A DNA stretch of 60,969 nt from an uncultured Gammaproteobacteria bacterium (GTDB lineage Bacteria > Patescibacteriota > Microgenomatia > UBA1406 > GWC2-37-13), in assembly GCA_964644605.1 (NCBI GenBank), contig CAZXWS010000039.1, positions 1 through 60,969 of the forward strand, read 5' to 3'. Shown one piece after another: positions 57,378-60,969 of the stretch. The notes under the pieces are model-generated. The model was not told the origin of the DNA. It saw nothing but the letters and a program-made list of their open reading frames with translations, and made no database searches. Position 1 is the stretch's first letter; each line of letters opens with the position of its first letter. A program made the position numbers and the translations under genes.

Positions 57378-58889
57378 TTAAGCAGTATTACTCTTATGTA
57401 ATGCAAGTGTAGCAATTATTATGCCGGAGAGCAACCAAAAGTAGTATGCCACTTTAGATGCTTCAAATACATCGATATATGATGCATTTAGTAATAGTCC
57501 CAGGGTGCCGAATAAAAACCCTGTGTAGAGGATAGCTGTTTTGTCTTTTTTTCTACCCGCATTAAAAACGCGTACAGATATGTTGAATATTATAAACAAA
57601 AAGATGCTAGTTCCAATTAAACCAAATTCACCCAACCATCGTAAGTAATCATTGTCCGTTGATTCAGTAATGGAGGCTGGTCCTGTTCCAAATAATGGGT
57701 TACGTTTTAACGCATTTATAGCGCGTGGCCATTCTACTTGTAAACGAGTGGCATTAGAAATATCTGCCGAAATTGTATTAACTGGTCTTAAATCAGCGGA
57801 CATTGTCGCAACTATTTGTGCAGCTTCACTGGCTGTCAGTACCCTGCCTGATTTAGTAGCATCTTTTTGTACCTGATCCAAAAGTTCTTCTTTTAGTAAC
57901 TTAGCAGTGGCCGGATTGACAGTTGGTTGCACGTCGTTCTGGATAGGAATATAAGCCCCGCCAGCAGGAAGTTCTTTAGATGAAATAAGCTGGGGCAGAA
58001 CAGTTTGTCCAGTTTTTTCGTTTACAAATACCTGTTTTATCTGGAATGTCTGGAAAAAACGGGATGTTAAATTGGTGGAAACAAATGTCAAACCAATGGT
58101 AATGAGTCCAATAATGATAAGATGTTTAAATTTGCGTGTATATAAGAGAAATGCTCCCATAGAACCAATATATGCGATAAATGAAATACGGGAAGCAGTA
58201 AGTGTCAGAGCGAAGATGGAAAGGAATGCAACTACATAGTAGAAAATATTTTTGCTGTAAAAATACATAGCAACAACAAACGGAATTAAAAGCACGAGAT
58301 AGGCAGCTAAATCATAATGTCCTCCAAAGGTAGAAGAGATTCTTGCCTCTGGAGTTAGGTACAGAAGTGCTCCTCGCGCAAATGCGGGGTTCATAGTTTG
58401 GATAGCAGGCCAGCCTAAAAATTTCTGTCCGATTCCATAAAGCGTGACTAGTAATAGAACTACAAATATCAACCGCACATAAAATAATAGGTCTTCTTTT
58501 TTCTTGACAGTTGTGAATCCGATAAAGAAGAAAATCATGTACTGCACTCTTCGACCTGAGTGAAGTAGTCCTATTTGAAAAAGCTGCTGCCTTAAGGTAT
58601 GTTGGAGAAAATAGCCTACTGCAAATGACGCAAAAACTGCTGCCCAAAAGGCTATAAAAAGTATAAGAAAGTAGCGATCTATTTTTACTTTTCCTCTTAG
58701 CAATTGAATAAAAAAAACTGCCACAACAAATCCAACATAAATATCATCAAGACGCACGGCAATGTATGTATATTCGATAAGTTTAAGAGGAAGTTTAGGG
58801 TATAGAGGAATCACGAAGATAAAAAGTGTAATTAGAATTTTGAGCAAATTATTGTCAAGCCATGTCAACCAGTTTATAAGCTTCTTCAT
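57378..58889 (-). CDS. O-antigen ligase/polymerase-like (Wzy_C) membrane protein
   Basis: Polytopic membrane protein with a large external loop, embedded in the GT cluster. The family assignment is by topology and context. Confidence 0.5.
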   Translation of the reverse strand: MKKLINWLTWLDNNLLKILITLFIFVIPLYPKLPLKLIEYTYIAVRLDDIYVGFVVAVFFIQLLRGKVKIDRYFLILFIAFWAAVFASFAVGYFLQHTLRQQLFQIGLLHSGRRVQYMIFFFIGFTTVKKKEDLLFYVRLIFVVLLLVTLYGIGQKFLGWPAIQTMNPAFARGALLYLTPEARISSTFGGHYDLAAYLVLLIPFVVAMYFYSKNIFYYVVAFLSIFALTLTASRISFIAYIGSMGAFLLYTRKFKHLIIIGLITIGLTFVSTNLTSRFFQTFQIKQVFVNEKTGQTVLPQLISSKELPAGGAYIPIQNDVQPTVNPATAKLLKEELLDQVQKDATKSGRVLTASEAAQIVATMSADLRPVNTISADISNATRLQVEWPRAINALKRNPLFGTGPASITESTDNDYLRWLGEFGLIGTSIFLFIIFNISVRVFNAGRKKDKTAILYTGFLFGTLGLLLNASYIDVFEASKVAYYFWLLSGIIIATLALHKSNTA

Positions 58890-59760
58890 ATGTTTTTATA
58901 AGGTATTGGCGCCCAGTAAGCCTTCCTAAAAGGGAGGCTAGTGATGCTTTCAATTTTAACATAACTTTAAGTAAAAACATAGAAATTTTTCCATAATGTT
59001 TCTGATAGAAGTAGAGATATCCTTTATAAACTTGAAGTATAGGAAATGTGCGTCCACCGCTGGATGCCGATCCAAGATGAATTATCTCAGCACCTGGATA
59101 AAAGAATGTTTTGAAACCATATTGTCGGGCACGATATAGTAAGTCTACCTCTTCCATATACATAAAAATCTTTTCATCAAATCCACCTAACTTTTCGTAA
59201 TATTCTTTTTTACATAAAATACACGCACCCGCTACCCAATCAACTTGTCTTGTAGTGTTCGGAGAGTATCGGGTCAGTCCCCAGTAATCACCTCTGAGAA
59301 ATAAAAAACCAAACACGACAAGCGGCGTAAAAAATGGAGCTGCAGAAGGCTGAGGAGTTTTATCTTTATTCAGAAGTTTAATCCCTAAGAAATGAACGTG
59401 ATTTTCGTTTTTAGTATAAAATTTGTACATTTTTGTAATCGCGTTATCAAGGATGAGGGTATCTGAGTTTAGTAATAGTATATATTTACCATGAGCTGAT
59501 TTGACTGCTTGATTATTGCCACGACCAAATCCGATATTTTCATTGTTTTCTATAAATATGAGATTTTCATGATTTTGTGAGTATTTTTTAAGTGCTTCTG
59601 CTGAACCATCAATTGAGGCATTATCGAGTACGATAATCTCGGTTGCGGGACTCTTTTTTTTCTTAAGAGATTCATAAATAGAGTCTAGACACTGTAATGT
59701 AATGTCTTTGGTGTTGTAAGAAAGAATGATAATTGATAAGTCAAATGTTGGGCTAGCCAT
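58855..59760 (-). CDS. Glycosyltransferase family 2
   Basis: LSIIILSYN, VLDNASIDGS and LNSDT motifs. Confidence 0.85.
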   Translation of the reverse strand: MASPTFDLSIIILSYNTKDITLQCLDSIYESLKKKKSPATEIIVLDNASIDGSAEALKKYSQNHENLIFIENNENIGFGRGNNQAVKSAHGKYILLLNSDTLILDNAITKMYKFYTKNENHVHFLGIKLLNKDKTPQPSAAPFFTPLVVFGFLFLRGDYWGLTRYSPNTTRQVDWVAGACILCKKEYYEKLGGFDEKIFMYMEEVDLLYRARQYGFKTFFYPGAEIIHLGSASSGGRTFPILQVYKGYLYFYQKHYGKISMFLLKVMLKLKASLASLLGRLTGRQYLIKTYEEAYKLVDMA

Positions 59761-59833
59761 AAGTTTATTACCGATTTATCTCCTATTATAGTATAATTTA
59801 CTGGAATTATTGACAAGTGTAATTGGTTGATTT

Positions 59834-60006
59834 GGCTGGATAGCTCAGTGGTAGAGCAATCGTTTCACCTGCCCGCAATGCCAACATAGCTCAGCGGCAG
59901 AGCAGACGTTTCATAAGCGTCAGGTCACAGGTTCGAATCCTGTTGTTGGCACAGCTTTGGCAGGCGGGTAAGCGATCGGTCGTGGGTTCGAATCCCGCTC
60001 CAGCCA
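59834..60006 (+). tRNA. Outer tRNA, exons 59834-59867 and 59969-60006. Joined it is 72 nt with loop TTCATAA (anticodon CAT; Met or Ile2-type), interrupted by a 101-nt insert that contains another tRNA
   Basis: The arms are listed below.
- Acceptor GGCTGGA / TCCAGCC.
- D arm GCTC-AGTGGTA-GAGC.
- Anticodon stem ATCGT / GCGAT.
- Variable loop CGGTC.
- T arm GTGGG-TTCGAAT-CCCGC.
- Discriminator A. Confidence 0.7.
59880..59951 (+). tRNA. tRNA-Met(CAT), elongator-like, nested inside the outer tRNA
   Basis: The arms are listed below.
- Acceptor GCCAACA / TGTTGGC.
- D arm GCTC-AGCGGCA-GAGC.
- Anticodon arm GACGT-TTCATAA-GCGTC.
- Variable loop AGGTC.
- T arm ACAGG-TTCGAAT-CCTGT.
- Discriminator A; no encoded CCA. 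Confidence 0.9.
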
Positions 60007-60027
60007 CCTTTTTTAAACACTTCTTTC

Positions 60028-60702
60028 ATGCATATATCAGAATACAAGAATATCTTCCACAATGAAGAAACTCACTTTTTTTACAGAAGCACACACGCTA
60101 TTGTCGTAAATCTTATAAAAAAATTTTTGCCGACCTCAGAAAAACTACATATTCTAGATGCAGGGTGTGGCACTGGTCGACTGGCTGTGTTACTACAACA
60201 GTTAGGTGCCGTTGAAGCAGTTGATATCAGTGGAGAAGCTATTCGGTATGCCAAAAAAAGAGGAATCGATGCTAAAAAAGCATCGATAATGAATTTACCG
60301 TTTCATGATTCTACTTTCAGTCTCGTAACATCTATCGATGTGTTATATCACCAGCATGTTCAGGACACAAAAGCTCTTAAAGAAATCCATCGTGTATTAA
60401 AAAAAAAGGGATATTTAATCATTCGAGTACCGGCAAATCCTCTGTTTTCTACATCCCATGACAGGCTGGTTCATACAAGACACCGTTACACGCAGTCTGA
60501 ACTCACTCAGAAACTAGAAGATGCCGGTTTTTTGATCGTTTATTCTACTGCTGTTCATTCAGTTCTTATACCTTTTGTGCTGATGCGAAAGTTGCAGGAA
60601 AAAATAAAAGGAAGCGCACCACACACTGCGATCACCTCAGTCAACCGATATGTAAATATCCTACTCACGGCAATATTGTTACTAGAAGTAAAGTTTTTAT
60701 AA
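60028..60702 (+). CDS. Class I SAM-dependent methyltransferase
   Basis: Motif I ILDAGCGTGR and a Methyltransf_11-like layout. Confidence 0.75.
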   Translation: MHISEYKNIFHNEETHFFYRSTHAIVVNLIKKFLPTSEKLHILDAGCGTGRLAVLLQQLGAVEAVDISGEAIRYAKKRGIDAKKASIMNLPFHDSTFSLVTSIDVLYHQHVQDTKALKEIHRVLKKKGYLIIRVPANPLFSTSHDRLVHTRHRYTQSELTQKLEDAGFLIVYSTAVHSVLIPFVLMRKLQEKIKGSAPHTAITSVNRYVNILLTAILLLEVKFL

Positions 60703-60837
60703 TTACATCCTTTACCGGTCGGAGTAGGAATAGTTGTTGTCTGTAAGAAACAATAATTACTTCTGGAGAAAATCTGCTTTAGCTAAAAAACGGTTCTTAA
60801 CAAATATCAGGTGATCTGTCAATGTTTCCATAATCTC

Positions 60838-60969
60838 TCAGGACATTTGCAACAGATGGACAACTTCTAACGGTGTTTTAAGATCAATACCTAAGTGTGG
60901 TCTTTGCGTATTGTATTCTTTCAAAAACGCTGCAAACTGACTCCGTAAATCATCATAATCTGTGGCTCC
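60838..60969 (-). mobile_element. C-terminal end of a DDE integrase/transposase (rve core), truncated by the window edge
   Basis: The minus-strand translation from the window edge is GATDYDDLRSQFAAFLKEYNTQRPHLGIDLKTPLEVVHLLQMS*. The YN..RPH....KTP signature is present. The stop TGA is at 60838-60840. Confidence 0.65.

Noticed and set aside
59810-59815. TTGACA 19 nt upstream of the outer tRNA as its promoter -35 box.
   Set aside because: No acceptable -10 hexamer lies at a 16-18 nt spacing, since the position falls on the tRNA 5' end itself. The promoter therefore remains unassigned.
59868-59968. Interpreting the tRNA insert as a group I intron or as an archaeal-type bulge-helix-bulge intron.
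   Set aside because: The insert is 101 nt, of which 72 nt form a tRNA, so there is no room for a group I core. The 5' exon ends in A rather than the U needed for the P1 U-G pair. Every 3-4-3 bulge-helix-bulge register I tried either paired poorly or gave an anticodon loop of the wrong length (for example, a canonical 37/38 position would give loop TTCACCA with C37).
59864-59971. Alternative anticodon assignments for the outer tRNA (GGT or CGT Thr, CAC Val), depending on where the insert boundaries are drawn.
   Set aside because: These are possible in principle. However, only the CAT solution reproduces the exact CGTTTCATAAGCG context seen in the inner paralogous tRNA. CAT is kept as the preferred reading and remains unproven.

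Overview
This is an AT-rich, gene-dense bacterial chromosomal window read with the standard code. TAA, TAG and TGA all terminate conserved genes, and no long conserved gene contains an in-frame TGA. The gene content suggests a streamlined, CPR/Patescibacteria-like organism, but that is inference only. Housekeeping genes present are SecA, FtsH, Lon, an AlaRS without a C-Ala domain, a TsaC-TsaE fusion plus TsaD, SufC-B-D-S-U plus ferredoxin, MsrA/MsrB, CdaA and a standalone 5'-3' exonuclease. There are also several Nudix/HIT/YjjX house-cleaning enzymes, a two-component signalling cluster, many small membrane-anchored or secreted proteins, and a seven-gene envelope glycosylation block. Almost no biosynthetic genes are present. 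The most unusual observation is at 59834-60006. A complete tRNA(CAT) lies inside the anticodon of a second, otherwise perfect tRNA whose joined halves also give a CAT anticodon (tRNA-in-tRNA). Other non-coding structure includes GTAG-headed REP-like palindromes, one arranged as a BIME-like or cloverleaf composite. Degenerate 7-nt-periodic tracts occur in several intergenic regions. One such tract in the suf operon is a 28-nt perfect reverse complement of a stretch inside secA. Two long (~145-165 nt) inverted-repeat elements are present, one inside the suf operon. Coding oddities are listed below.

- A 30-bp in-frame tandem duplication in secA.
- A P-loop ORF, translationally coupled to a histidine kinase, that is split by a single in-frame TGA.
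- A large modular Cys-rich dockerin-tailed protein next to a possible cohesin-like protein.
- Several domain fusions: TsaC-TsaE, DUF3850-Nudix and CvpA-CAP.
- A partial rve-type transposase at the right edge of the window.

No CRISPR array, rRNA or recognisable defence system was seen.
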